A stretch of DNA of 64,000 nt from Spirochaetia bacterium. Lineage in GTDB: Bacteria > Spirochaetota > Spirochaetia > UBA9216. The stretch's first letter is position 1. Each line of letters starts with the position of its first letter. The DNA lies in contig CAXXYH010000004.1 in NCBI GenBank assembly GCA_963677925.2, positions 96,001 through 160,000 on the forward strand, in the 5' to 3' direction. Position numbers and translations under genes: made by a program. Of this stretch, positions 51,920-62,082 are shown piece after piece. Under the pieces are notes generated by a model. That model had not been told where the DNA came from. It saw only the letters and a list, made by a program, of their open reading frames with translations, and made no database searches.

Positions 51920-52303
51920 TCAGACTGTGATATCTACAGACAGGGCACTGACATCAACAGGGGTTCCATAGATGTTTTTTTCCGTCTTGAGGGCATTAAC
52001 CAGCTGTTCACGGTAACTGGTAATTAAACTGTCCAGATTAGATTTTTCTGTGTTTCGGATCTTGACATCAGCCTCACCCTCACCTTTCAAAAGCTTCAGG
52101 CGGTCAATCATATTGTCTATGGATCTAAGCTGATTGATAGTGTATGCGGGAAGGCTACTGCTTCCGGTGATACCGGTTATATGCTTGAAATGCGCATAAA
52201 CCTGACCGGTCTGAACAGGGAGAGCTATTCTGCCGGTTCCAACCTGTGCACGAACAATCTGAGATAAAGCTAACGATTGTCTTGAAATATTCTGTACTTC
52301 CAT
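51920..52303 (-). CDS. Hypothetical protein preceded by a sigma28-type promoter
   Basis: 127-aa ORF; YAHFKHITG and LRSIDNMIDRL segments. Confidence 0.7.
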   Translation of the reverse strand: MEVQNISRQSLALSQIVRAQVGTGRIALPVQTGQVYAHFKHITGITGSSSLPAYTINQLRSIDNMIDRLKLLKGEGEADVKIRNTEKSNLDSLITSYREQLVNALKTEKNIYGTPVDVSALSVDITV

Positions 52304-52316
52304 CGCTCTGTTAAAT

Positions 52317-52343
52317 TTATCGGATTAACAGAAGCGGAGTTTA
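52317..52343 (-). promoter_or_regulatory. Sigma28 (FliA) promoter
   Basis: TAAA-N15-TCCGATAA versus consensus TAAA-N15-GCCGATAA. Confidence 0.7.
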
Positions 52344-52357
52344 GAAGTTTAGTATAT

Positions 52358-52714
52358 TTACCTGTTTCTTCTTTCGTCAGATGATTTACATTCAATACAC
52401 ATCAATGCGTAAGGAATAGCCTTGAGCCGCTCCTGCGGGATCTTCTTATTACACCTCATACAAAGACCATAGCGTTCATTGTCAATTCTTGAGAGAGCAG
52501 AATCGATAAGCCTTAGTCTTTTGACATCATTGGAGCTGAGAGTTTCAAGAGTATTACGGTCAATGTCATCTGCGGCTATGTCCGCGAGGTCCTTGGGCTG
52601 CTTTGCTTTCACAATTGCATCAAAATCATCGCTTTCGGACATGAGACTTTTTACGATTTCCTCTTTCTGCTTGAGAAGTTCGTCTTTCATCTCTTCTATA
52701 AATACTGTGTCCAT
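52358..52714 (-). CDS. dksA: DksA/TraR family RNA polymerase-binding factor
   Basis: DxxDxA tip (DLADIA), YGLCMRC...RLKAIPYALMCIEC. Confidence 0.88.
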   Translation of the reverse strand: MDTVFIEEMKDELLKQKEEIVKSLMSESDDFDAIVKAKQPKDLADIAADDIDRNTLETLSSNDVKRLRLIDSALSRIDNERYGLCMRCNKKIPQERLKAIPYALMCIECKSSDERRNR

Positions 52715-52745
52715 AGTTACCTCGTTAACATTTTAGTTACGCGGA

Positions 52746-52807
52746 AATATCCATGATATAAGCAAAAATGTCAACTGGTTGACAAAGGATTCTTATTCAC
52801 TTAGTAT
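52746..52807. promoter_or_regulatory. Back-to-back sigma70 promoters for dksA and infA
   Basis: TGTCAA-CTGG-TTGACA; infA TTGACA-N17-TAGTAT; dksA TTGACA-N17-GATATT. Confidence 0.65.
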
Positions 52808-52831
52808 TCAAATAACTTATTTGGAGGTATT

Positions 52832-53050
52832 GTGGCTAAAGAAGAAGCTATAGAAGTCGAAGGAATTGTGAAGGAATCACTTCCTAACACGATGTTCAGA
52901 GTAGAACTTAAGAATGGACACGTTATTCTTGCCCATCTGTCAGGAAAAATGCGTAAGCATTATATTAGAATTGTCCCCGGTGATAAGGTCCGGGTTGCTC
53001 TTTCACCCTATGATCTTACCAGAGGAAGGATCATCTACAGGGAACGTTAG
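52832..53050 (+). CDS. infA: Translation initiation factor IF-1
   Basis: [30 protein letters not shown]; RBS GGAGG. Confidence 0.98.
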   Translation: MAKEEAIEVEGIVKESLPNTMFRVELKNGHVILAHLSGKMRKHYIRIVPGDKVRVALSPYDLTRGRIIYRER

Positions 53051-53051
53051 G

Positions 53052-53417
53052 TTATTTAATCAGAACCCAGGTTGCTCCGCTCCCGCCGAGATCACGCGGA
53101 GCAGTACCGAATGTTCCGGCGTCATTACATCTTTCAAGAAATCTGACAACCTCATCTTTCAGAACAGGCTTTCCGGCAGAATGATATCCTTTCCCGTGTA
53201 TGATAAGGACTTTTTTAAGACCGTCCGATTTGGCTTTTGAGAGAAAAGCTGAGAGCTCTGACCGGGCTTCAGCGGCAGTCAGACCATGAAGATCGAGTGA
53301 GCGCTGGGGCTGCATTTTTTTCAACTTTCCCGCAGAGACCGGCGGAGTTTTGCGGAGGGGTCTGTTTTTATCTTTATCTTCCGGCGGATACATATCCAGC
53401 CAGGCATCCATATCCAT
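53052..53417 (-). CDS. Stand-alone Smr domain protein
   Basis: LDLHG, IIHGKGYHS, GGSGAT. Confidence 0.9.
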   Translation of the reverse strand: MDMDAWLDMYPPEDKDKNRPLRKTPPVSAGKLKKMQPQRSLDLHGLTAAEARSELSAFLSKAKSDGLKKVLIIHGKGYHSAGKPVLKDEVVRFLERCNDAGTFGTAPRDLGGSGATWVLIK

Positions 53418-55381
53418 CAGTCAGCCCTGTCCAGTCTGATCTTATTCCTGTTTATCCAGCCTTGTATTCCGTCACCTGTTTCAATAAGTGTAAAGACACC
53501 TGACTCATCCTCCAGACGAACCGGAACTCCCTGACCTACTCTCAGCCAGTCACCCGCTGATTCATCCGGAATCTTTTTAATATATACATCCTCGGGTATA
53601 ATTATCCCGGTAAGCTGGTTCCTGCTTATATGGCTGTAAACCATGAAACCTGCAGAAAGAAGGACTACCGCCGACATCAGGATTATGATAACAGCAGGAG
53701 TTCCGCTTTGTACCACCTTTCTGAGAACGAAACCGACAGAAAGCAGATTAAATGAGAGTATCAGAACAAAAAAGAATATATCAGGATGATAAGGAATTGC
53801 CGGAGTTACCGGGTTCACAAAACCCAGTTTATCCTCAAGCCAGTCCAGAGCATTTCTGTACTGGCTGTTCAAGGGATCAGTATACACTGCAAGTCTGAGC
53901 TCATGCAGGGCCGATGTATATTGATGTTCCTCAATCCGATCCAGTGCATTGTTATAATAACTGACGGTATTCCCCGGCGGTATACCCACATCCTTACTGC
54001 TGAAAAATGAATTTGTCACAGAAACAATAACAACCATAACTATTACGGTTATAACAAGACTGATAATCAGACGCCGGCCTTTAACAAAAGAGAACAGTAT
54101 CAGAAAGAACGGACCAGGAAGAAGCCAGAGGTAGAATTCAGGCTTTAAATAGAATGATTTCCAGCGGAGCCCTCTACCCTCATCTTCAATCTTAACAAAG
54201 GGCATCATCTCAGCTTCTGCAGCTTCACCTGCAGCCGGAACGGGGCTAACAGCAACCGTGAAATTTTCTGATTGGATATTGACTACTCTTCCTGAATCTC
54301 TGTCCAGGTATGGAAATTCCGGGACACGCACCGATGCTGTTCCCGGCTCTTCTGCGGTATATATATACTGTACAGTTTTACTTCCGGTGTAACCGGTTGC
54401 AGTGTATGAATATTCAGGGATTTCTTCAGTTGAGACAAGTATAAGCCCCTGAACTTCCGGATCAGGGATTTTCATAAAATTCTGGTTTCCGGTACCGCTG
54501 ACTCTGCATGTAAGCCTGATTTCATCACCGGTATAGATTTTATCTGAAGAGATTTCAGATCTTAGACTGAACCTGCCTACAGCACCAGTGGAAAGTATTT
54601 CCTCGGGGATAGGAAGAATATCAAGATTAAAATCTGAACTCCATCCGGTAATTCCGCCCTGGTCTACTCCTGCAGCCGGGATGGTAACACGTCCGGAAAC
54701 CGGAGATGTGAATATAAAGGCTTCGGCTGGGATATCGTAAAGGACGATATCACCCGTTTCAAAAATAGTTATCTCACCAAGGTCTCCTGCCTGTTCAAGA
54801 AAACCGTCCCTTGGTGTTGCCACCCTGGTCCGATCGAAAATAGAGACAGTTTCCTGATTCCTGACCATCAGAAACAATGGTATGGCCTCTCCCGCATATA
54901 TTCGCTCAGCCGGAGTAGTCCACTCTACCTCAAGGGGCATATACAGTTTACGGTTAGCGTAGAGCCCTACCCTTATAAGAAGGGGCTCGGTCTGCATTAC
55001 ATATGAGCCGGCAGTTACTGTAAGCGAAGGAAATACCTGTCTGCCGGATTTGACAGCCCTGAAGGTTGTCGTAATTCTAACCTTTCGTTTTACATCATCC
55101 TTGCTTGTGGATTCTATAAAGCTGCGCATGTAGGGACCGCGCCATCTAGTAAAATCAGAGGTAAATTCATCGAGATCAAGATCTACTTCAAGAGCATTAT
55201 CCCAGTCGACAATAATAGTAAGGGTGAAAATATCTCCGCGTCCGACAGGATTGGGCTCAATCTCTACACTTTCAATCTTTGCCTTCGGACGCTGGTCATC
55301 CGGAAGGAACCGTGACTGTGCGTGAAGTCCGAAAGCGACAATAACTGAAAGCAAAAGAATTAAAGAAAGTTTTTTAAGCAT
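53417..55381 (-). CDS. BatD family protein with a C-terminal TPR/SH3-like (BatE-like) extension
   Basis: Signal peptide; GAVGRF, VSGTGN; TM helices; C-terminal GIQGWI; position in the bat operon. Confidence 0.75.
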   Translation of the reverse strand: MLKKLSLILLLSVIVAFGLHAQSRFLPDDQRPKAKIESVEIEPNPVGRGDIFTLTIIVDWDNALEVDLDLDEFTSDFTRWRGPYMRSFIESTSKDDVKRKVRITTTFRAVKSGRQVFPSLTVTAGSYVMQTEPLLIRVGLYANRKLYMPLEVEWTTPAERIYAGEAIPLFLMVRNQETVSIFDRTRVATPRDGFLEQAGDLGEITIFETGDIVLYDIPAEAFIFTSPVSGRVTIPAAGVDQGGITGWSSDFNLDILPIPEEILSTGAVGRFSLRSEISSDKIYTGDEIRLTCRVSGTGNQNFMKIPDPEVQGLILVSTEEIPEYSYTATGYTGSKTVQYIYTAEEPGTASVRVPEFPYLDRDSGRVVNIQSENFTVAVSPVPAAGEAAEAEMMPFVKIEDEGRGLRWKSFYLKPEFYLWLLPGPFFLILFSFVKGRRLIISLVITVIVMVVIVSVTNSFFSSKDVGIPPGNTVSYYNNALDRIEEHQYTSALHELRLAVYTDPLNSQYRNALDWLEDKLGFVNPVTPAIPYHPDIFFFVLILSFNLLSVGFVLRKVVQSGTPAVIIILMSAVVLLSAGFMVYSHISRNQLTGIIIPEDVYIKKIPDESAGDWLRVGQGVPVRLEDESGVFTLIETGDGIQGWINRNKIRLDRAD

Positions 55382-55974
55382 TACCAGTCCCGGACCCCTT
55401 TTTCAACTTCCTGTTCTTCAACAGGCTGCCAGGTGCTTGAGTCCTTTCTTTTTATAAACTCAAGAACGCGCCTTATCTCGTCCGAAGTTTCACCTGAATC
55501 CGATGTAGTAGCTGATGAGGCTGAAGATTCTACAGGGTTATTGTTTGCCGACATCCTTCGAAGACTGTATTCCAGATTAATCTTGGCATCCATATCACCG
55601 GGGTTAATGATCAGCGCATTTTTGAAATCTTCAAATGCTTCAGTATATCTTCCCAGCTCAAAATTAAGAACACCGCGGTTATAAATTGTTCTAAACAGAA
55701 CATCATCATCCAGCGAGCGTGAGGAGTTTTCCCACTCCGTCATAGCTGCAGGAGCCTCACCGAGGGCATAATAGACTGTTGCCAGATTATAACTTATATA
55801 ATCAGAGTACACCCCTCCCTGCAGAGCCCTCAGGTAAGCGATATTAGCACTCTGGTAGTCTCCCCGGGCAAAATCGTTGTTACCGTTCCAGACAGAGTAA
55901 AAAACTCCGGGATCGGCACAACCGGAAACCATCAGAACAAGAACTGTTATGATTATCAGAAAATATTTTTCCAC
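55381..55974 (-). CDS. TPR lipoprotein (BatC-like)
   Basis: VSG|C lipobox; YNRG...ALIINPGDMDAKINLE; ends VRDW. Confidence 0.75.
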   Translation of the reverse strand: MEKYFLIIITVLVLMVSGCADPGVFYSVWNGNNDFARGDYQSANIAYLRALQGGVYSDYISYNLATVYYALGEAPAAMTEWENSSRSLDDDVLFRTIYNRGVLNFELGRYTEAFEDFKNALIINPGDMDAKINLEYSLRRMSANNNPVESSASSATTSDSGETSDEIRRVLEFIKRKDSSTWQPVEEQEVEKGVRDW

Positions 55975-56945
55975 TTAACTATCCTTACAATTACAGACAT
56001 CATCAGGCCGGCAAAGGCTATGAGAAGAAAAACCCTGTATCGATCACGGGTTTTAATCACAAAGCCCTTCTGTTCGGCTTCACTTATTTCATCACCGGAA
56101 GAAATTCTGATAAGCTCGGAGACAACTCCTGTCTCAGAAATATTGTAATAACCGCCGCCCGTAGAGTCTGAAAGTCTGCGTAGGTTTGCCTCATCAAGTC
56201 TTGTGAGCACCCGATTGCCGTCCGGATCGGTCAGAAAACTGCCGTCAGCCGCAGGAATTCCACCACCGGAGACCGTGCCCGTACCTGCGGAATATACCGT
56301 TACCTCAGAAGATAGGGCATATTCAATTGCATTCTCTGCACTCCCGGCAAGGGCTTCACCGTCTGAAAAGAGCATAATTACTTTTTTACGTTCTTCTCCG
56401 CCTGTGAATGAATCTACAGCCTTCCTGATTCCATCTTCTATATCACTGCCGGGACTTGTAAGCAGCGAAGTGGATATCTGCTCCATAAACTGGCTTATAG
56501 TCTGGGTATCTTCGGTAAGCGGAATTATACGTATTCCCTGCCCCTTGAAAACAACCACACCGAATCGGCCGGATTCAGCGCTTTCACAGATATTCTGGAC
56601 TACCCTTGCAGCCCGTTCAAGCCTTGAAGGTGCTGTATCCTCGGCATTCATACTCTCGGAAATATCAATGAGAAATATTGTATCGGTACCTGTTGACTCG
56701 AAGCTGACCGGGTACTCATTGCCCGGAAAACCGAGGAGAGCCAGGATTGAAAACGCTATAAAAACCACAGTTCCGAGGGCTGAGAAAAAGTACTTAATAG
56801 AATAGAGATTGTAGAATTCCCGGCCGCGCCACCGTCCGGCGACCATAAGAACATCCCTGCGGCCGCAGAAGAACCTGTACACAAGCAGGGCAACCACAGG
56901 AACAAGAATCAGAAAGAGCCAAGCCGATTCAGGATTCTTCATCAT
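55956..56945 (-). CDS. VWA domain protein (BatB-like)
   Basis: DISESMNAEDTAPSRL, SDGE, TRLDE. Confidence 0.88.
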   Translation of the reverse strand: MMKNPESAWLFLILVPVVALLVYRFFCGRRDVLMVAGRWRGREFYNLYSIKYFFSALGTVVFIAFSILALLGFPGNEYPVSFESTGTDTIFLIDISESMNAEDTAPSRLERAARVVQNICESAESGRFGVVVFKGQGIRIIPLTEDTQTISQFMEQISTSLLTSPGSDIEDGIRKAVDSFTGGEERKKVIMLFSDGEALAGSAENAIEYALSSEVTVYSAGTGTVSGGGIPAADGSFLTDPDGNRVLTRLDEANLRRLSDSTGGGYYNISETGVVSELIRISSGDEISEAEQKGFVIKTRDRYRVFLLIAFAGLMMSVIVRIVKWKNIF

Positions 56946-57946
56946 CAGAGAACCTCCCTCAGAAGCAGCTTCCTGATAAACAGATCGATGCTGATCAGAA
57001 TAAGAGCAAGAAGAATCATTCTTCTATAGCCGGGTTTGGCCGTTGTCTTAATTTTTACGCGTTTCTCGCTGCTTTCAAGCGAGTCTATATGGCTTATAAT
57101 ACTGTTAAGGGCAGTAGTACTGGGAGCATAGAAGTAGTGGCCGCCGGTTTTATCAGCAATCTCCGAAAGAAGGGCTTCATCGAAATCACTGTTAAACTGT
57201 CCGGTGATTATCTTACCGGTTTCACGATCGGTATATTCTATAGGAACTTCTCCCCTTGTTCCGATACCAATTGAGTAAATCTTGATTCCCATCTTAGCAG
57301 CAATATCTGCAGCTGTTGAGGGTTCAATTTCTCCTGCGTTGTTTTCGCCATCTGTTATGAGAATCATTATGCGTTCATCCGCAGTACTGTCTTCCATATG
57401 TAAAGCCGCTATCGCGATCCCAAGCCCTACAGCGGTGCCTGAGCCGAGTTCCATCATCTCCAGCCCCTCAAGCTCATTCATGAAGCCGTCGTAATCAAGT
57501 GTCGGCGGGATTCTCAGGGCGGCCTGGTCTGCGAATGTAACAAGTCCGACAGGATCGTGCTCACGGGCATTTACAAATTTCCGTATTACATCCTTTGCCG
57601 ATTCAAATCGGTTAACCGGTGGAAAATCCATAGCCGCCATACTGGGTGATTCATCAAGAATGAATACGATATCGGTTCCCCGTGACAGATAGATCTTTTC
57701 ACGTTCAACATACGACGGCCCTGCCAGAGCAAGAACAAGACATACACAGCCTGTCCAGAAGGAAACAGTTGAAACAAACAGCAGGAATTTCAGGAAATGA
57801 TTTCTCGACGCAAAGCTGCTGCCCTTCCATATACCTGTCGCAGCCGGGATAGTTCCTCCGCGGCCTTTGTACATGTATCGGAAATAGATAAGAGGAAGAA
57901 AAAGTGTGAGAAGCAGAAGGTACGCAGGACTTTCAAATAACCACAT
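56945..57946 (-). CDS. VWA domain protein (BatA-like)
   Basis: DESPSM, GTAVG, ITDGENNAGEI, YSIGIG; start at 57946 preferred to 57964. Confidence 0.88.
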   Translation of the reverse strand: MWLFESPAYLLLLTLFLPLIYFRYMYKGRGGTIPAATGIWKGSSFASRNHFLKFLLFVSTVSFWTGCVCLVLALAGPSYVEREKIYLSRGTDIVFILDESPSMAAMDFPPVNRFESAKDVIRKFVNAREHDPVGLVTFADQAALRIPPTLDYDGFMNELEGLEMMELGSGTAVGLGIAIAALHMEDSTADERIMILITDGENNAGEIEPSTAADIAAKMGIKIYSIGIGTRGEVPIEYTDRETGKIITGQFNSDFDEALLSEIADKTGGHYFYAPSTTALNSIISHIDSLESSEKRVKIKTTAKPGYRRMILLALILISIDLFIRKLLLREVL

Positions 57947-58829
57947 GCTTTTTCTCCGTTTCATCCATAATTGATTCTATATCTTCAGCAAACTCGCGCA
58001 CTGCAGCCAGATCGCTTTCTCTTCTCTGAATCATTACCCGTTTTCCGCCGAATTTTACCTCATCGGAAAAACTGAAAAGTTCCGCAATTTCATCAAGGCT
58101 GGCGGTGTTCATGAAATCAACATGAATCATCCTGGAGCCTTCCGCAGCGGTAGCGGCACTGTAATCAATGGTACCCTTTTCAGAGAGGTAGACCCTCAGT
58201 TCATCGATAAGAGTAGTGTAAAACTCGTTACCCTTGAGTTTTCCCGCGGAATCATCCAGATCTTTGAGAACCTTCATAAGGCGGTTATAGGGCCGCTTCT
58301 TCCTTTTATCATTGATAAACGAAACAAGTCCATAGCGCAGGCGGGTCCAGAAAAGAATGATAACCAGGGGGAGAACAAGGACGAACCCCACTATTATAGC
58401 AATATAATAGGTTGTTCCCGGAAGCATAAGCGGTCCGTTAACAGGGGCGAACTCGGCTCCGGTCTCATCAAGCAGCGAATTGATCTGAATCTTGATATCA
58501 CTGAGTCTCACATCACCAAACTGAATTGTAGGAAGGGTCCTTATTCCTGACGCGTAGGGTCTCAGAAAAACTCTCAACTCGTACTTATCCTCAGTCTGAA
58601 ATACATCGGCATTTTCAATCTTTATCCAGTAGGATTCAGGCAGGGTCTCAGGTTTTGAAACAACAACTCCTGCGGCAGGCCTTATGACAACTCTCATTTC
58701 AACAAGGTCGCCAACGTAAAAATCCTGCGGCAGAAAAACTACCTTCTCATTAGTATAATTCTTTTCTGCTGAAACAATTGAAGGCAGGAAAAGCAGGGCG
58801 GCAGTCAGCAGAACGGCGAATTTTCTCAC
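57933..58829 (-). CDS. Hypothetical membrane protein of the bat/moxR operon
   Basis: Signal peptide, one TM, SDEVKFG motif; operon position. Confidence 0.7.
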   Translation of the reverse strand: MRKFAVLLTAALLFLPSIVSAEKNYTNEKVVFLPQDFYVGDLVEMRVVIRPAAGVVVSKPETLPESYWIKIENADVFQTEDKYELRVFLRPYASGIRTLPTIQFGDVRLSDIKIQINSLLDETGAEFAPVNGPLMLPGTTYYIAIIVGFVLVLPLVIILFWTRLRYGLVSFINDKRKKRPYNRLMKVLKDLDDSAGKLKGNEFYTTLIDELRVYLSEKGTIDYSAATAAEGSRMIHVDFMNTASLDEIAELFSFSDEVKFGGKRVMIQRRESDLAAVREFAEDIESIMDETEKKHVVI

Positions 58830-59698
58830 TTACGCTTTCTCCTTTTAAAGAAGGAAAGCAGGGCCTTGGCAGGGTCCTCTTCGGTATCAATTACAAGTGT
58901 GTCAATTCCGCGCCTCCGGCATTCACGAAGCCAGAAAATATGATCTGTAAGCCAGAAATCCATATAATCATTGCGGTAGCTGTTCGAAAACCCGAAAGAG
59001 TTTCTGACACGTCCGGATTCCATATCCTTTAGTTCCATCAGTCCGGTTGAGGGAAATTCCCTGTCTGAAGGATCTGTTATTTTTACCGCTATGAGGTCAT
59101 GCTTTTTGGAGAGCATTGACATCTGGCGCAGGTTTGAAGGCGATTTAAAGTCAGAAACAAGGACGCAGATACCGCGGCGTTTAAGCGACTGTTCAACGCA
59201 GGCAATTGCGAGGGCAATATCAGACCCTGTTCCCTTCGGCTGAAATGAGGCTATATCCTGAACAAGCCGCATCAGGTGGTTGCGGCCTTTCATAGGCGGA
59301 ATCCACTTTTCAATACGATCGGTAAAAAAAACAGCTCCGACACGGTCGCTGTTATGCACGGCGGAATGAGCAAGCAGCGCTGAAATAAGGGCGGCAGCAT
59401 CGCCTTTTTTAAGTGAACCTGAACCGGTCTGAAGCGAAGCTGAAACGTCAATCATTAAAAGAAGAACCATCTCCCGTTCCTCGCGGAAGGTTTTGACGAA
59501 GGGGCTGCCCATTCTTGATGTAACATTCCAGTCGATGGCTCGAATATCGTCACCGTCTGCATACTCGCGGACTTCATCAAATTCAAGTCCGGGGCCACGG
59601 AAGACCGAACGGTAGTTACCCGAAAGGAAGCCTTCGACAAGCCTGGCTGAGACAAGGGGGATGTTTCGTATCTGTGAAAGTAACTGGAGGCTGTCCAT
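58826..59698 (-). CDS. DUF58 (VWA-like) protein
   Basis: GLEFDEVREY..GDDIRAIDWNVT, DVSAS, SDF. Confidence 0.9.
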   Translation of the reverse strand: MDSLQLLSQIRNIPLVSARLVEGFLSGNYRSVFRGPGLEFDEVREYADGDDIRAIDWNVTSRMGSPFVKTFREEREMVLLLMIDVSASLQTGSGSLKKGDAAALISALLAHSAVHNSDRVGAVFFTDRIEKWIPPMKGRNHLMRLVQDIASFQPKGTGSDIALAIACVEQSLKRRGICVLVSDFKSPSNLRQMSMLSKKHDLIAVKITDPSDREFPSTGLMELKDMESGRVRNSFGFSNSYRNDYMDFWLTDHIFWLRECRRRGIDTLVIDTEEDPAKALLSFFKRRKRK

Positions 59699-60675
59699 CA
59701 GGGAACGGGAACCACCTTCAGAAGCCTTGAGATTACGGCATCGGCTGTTAATTCCTCGGATTCGGCCTCATAGGAAAGTACAATTCTGTGCCTTAGAACA
59801 TTATACACAACGTTCTTTACATCATCGGGAATAACATAGGAACGGCCTTCAAACATTGCCTGAATCTTTGCACAGCGGTAAAGGTAGATACTGGCCCTTG
59901 GTGACGCACCGAATTCGATGTATTTTGCGTAAGGAACAGCAATCTTATCCTTTTCTCTGGTAGCGGCTGTTATGGCTACTATATATTCCTCTATTCTTTC
60001 ATCAATTTTAATCTTTGCAGCAACCTTTCTCAGATCCTTCAGTGCAAGCGGAGAAAGAACCTTTTTAACCGGAATATCTGTTTCCTCACCGACAGTTCTC
60101 AGAATCTGCAGCTCCTCCTCCGGAGTCGGGTAATCAATCTTTAGTTTAAGAATAAACCTGTCAAGCTGGGCTTCCGGCAGCGGGTAGGTTCCCTCACTTT
60201 CAATAGGGTTCTGGGTAGCAAGAACGAAGAAAGGTTCGGGCAATTTATAAGTCTGACTGCCTATTGTAACCTGCCCTTCCTGCATGGCTTCAAGCAGTGC
60301 CGACTGAACCTTTGCCGGAGCACGGTTAATCTCATCGGCAAGAACAATATTGGCGAAGACAGGACCCTTTCGAACCACAAAGTCGCCGCTCTGCTGTTTG
60401 TATATCATTGTACCGATAATATCTGCGGGCAGAAGATCGGGGGTAAACTGAATTCTTGAAAAAGATGAATCGATAACCTCTGCAGTGGTTTTTACCGACA
60501 GGGTTTTTGCAAGCCCCGGAACACCTTCAATAAGAACATGCCCGCCGGCAAGCAGGCCCATAAGGATACCGTCTACCATATCCTTCTGACCTATAACTCT
60601 TGCGGCTATCTCTTTCCGGCATTTATCAAGCTGCGTCTGCGCTTTCTCAATTATTACATCAATATTATCACTCAT
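59698..60675 (-). CDS. moxR: MoxR family AAA+ ATPase
   Basis: GVPGLAKT, RIQFTPDLLPAD, ADEINRAP, ATQNPIE, QLDRF, GASPR. Confidence 0.95.
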   Translation of the reverse strand: MSDNIDVIIEKAQTQLDKCRKEIAARVIGQKDMVDGILMGLLAGGHVLIEGVPGLAKTLSVKTTAEVIDSSFSRIQFTPDLLPADIIGTMIYKQQSGDFVVRKGPVFANIVLADEINRAPAKVQSALLEAMQEGQVTIGSQTYKLPEPFFVLATQNPIESEGTYPLPEAQLDRFILKLKIDYPTPEEELQILRTVGEETDIPVKKVLSPLALKDLRKVAAKIKIDERIEEYIVAITAATREKDKIAVPYAKYIEFGASPRASIYLYRCAKIQAMFEGRSYVIPDDVKNVVYNVLRHRIVLSYEAESEELTADAVISRLLKVVPVP

Positions 60676-60684
60676 AGACCATCC

Positions 60685-61971
60685 TCAGGTTCTGTAGTCG
60701 GCATTCTCGCTGACATATTCATGGGTAAGGTCGCTACCCAGAACTGTTGCGTTTGAACTGCCCAGTTTCAGTTCCACTTTTATTTCTACTTTTTCTTCAT
60801 GCTCGGGATATCCCGTAAGCGCGGGATCCTGCCCCTTTTCATTGAGGTATTTTACAAGCCTGAGCTCTTTTTTTGAATCGAGTCTCAGACAGCCCTCAGA
60901 AAATATTATCTCACCGCCGAGTGTAATTCTTACATCGTTACGGTTTATTTCTATATTATTGTTTCCGCAGTAGTCTCCGATTGAGGAAGCCAGTCTTCCC
61001 ACATTGGGGTCATTGCCTGCAACTGCCGTTTTTACAAGCGGAGAATTGACAACAGCCTTGCCCACAGCAACTGCAGTTTCAGTGTCAGGAGCTCCCTCTA
61101 CAGCAACCGAAATAACATGCCCGGTTCCTTCACCGTTACGTACTATATCTTCGGCAAGTTCTGCACAGACCTGATGCAGAGCCTCTCTGAATTTTTCGAT
61201 ATCGGTACAGGGCTTCATACCCGAGCTGACTGCAATTACCATATCACTTGTACTCTGGTCGCTGTCAACGCTTATCCGGTTAAAGCTTTCCGTGGCGGCC
61301 CCCGGAAGCATTTCACGCAATGATTCACGGTCAATTGCAATATCTGTCATTACAAAACAGAGCATTGTAGCCATGTTGGGCTCAATCATGCCTGCTCCCT
61401 TAGCAACGGCGGTAATCCGTCCGCCGAACAGCTTACGGGTACGGAGCTTTGGAAAACGGTCGGTTGTCATTATGCCCTCGGCCAGAGCAACAGCATTTTC
61501 ACTGCCTTCACCAGCAATACGATGCAGCTCAGGAACTGAAGCCTGCATGGCGGCTACCGGCAGTCTCCATCCGATAACCCCTGTTGAAGAAGTCATAACT
61601 TCCTTAGGATCGCAGCCGATTGATCCGGCAACAGCGGCAGCCATGGCTTCGGCATCTGCCGGTCCTGATTCAACACAGACGTTGGCAATCTTGTTATTTA
61701 TCACAATAGCCCGAAGCGACGGTGATTTCAGCCTCTCTCTGCACATAAGAACAGGAGCTCCGGGAAATTTATTCCTGGTAAAAACTCCGGCAAATGATTC
61801 TGCAGGCCGGTCGAGGAGGATCATGGAAAGATTCATCTTCATTTCATCGTCGGTATCAAGCTCTTCGGGTTTAAACCTTATTCCGAGCCTTCCCGTTTTG
61901 AAACCTTCAGGTAAATCTGCTTCAGATATCAGTCGTTTCAGGTAAGGGGATTCGGTAATTTTTTTTTCCAT
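60685..61971 (-). CDS. argJ: Ornithine acetyltransferase / N-acetylglutamate synthase
   Basis: SSTGVIG, IMTTD, KGAGMIEPNMATML, SPLVKTA, DLTHEYVSENADYRT. Confidence 0.95.
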   Translation of the reverse strand: MEKKITESPYLKRLISEADLPEGFKTGRLGIRFKPEELDTDDEMKMNLSMILLDRPAESFAGVFTRNKFPGAPVLMCRERLKSPSLRAIVINNKIANVCVESGPADAEAMAAAVAGSIGCDPKEVMTSSTGVIGWRLPVAAMQASVPELHRIAGEGSENAVALAEGIMTTDRFPKLRTRKLFGGRITAVAKGAGMIEPNMATMLCFVMTDIAIDRESLREMLPGAATESFNRISVDSDQSTSDMVIAVSSGMKPCTDIEKFREALHQVCAELAEDIVRNGEGTGHVISVAVEGAPDTETAVAVGKAVVNSPLVKTAVAGNDPNVGRLASSIGDYCGNNNIEINRNDVRITLGGEIIFSEGCLRLDSKKELRLVKYLNEKGQDPALTGYPEHEEKVEIKVELKLGSSNATVLGSDLTHEYVSENADYRT

Positions 61972-62082
61972 CCATAATTTATATAACAGCAGAGACAGGC
62001 TTTCAAGGTAGTACAGCCTATATTCTGAAACATAGCCTAAGTACTGTTTATTTTAAATGCCCTCAATGATAGAATACTGCCT

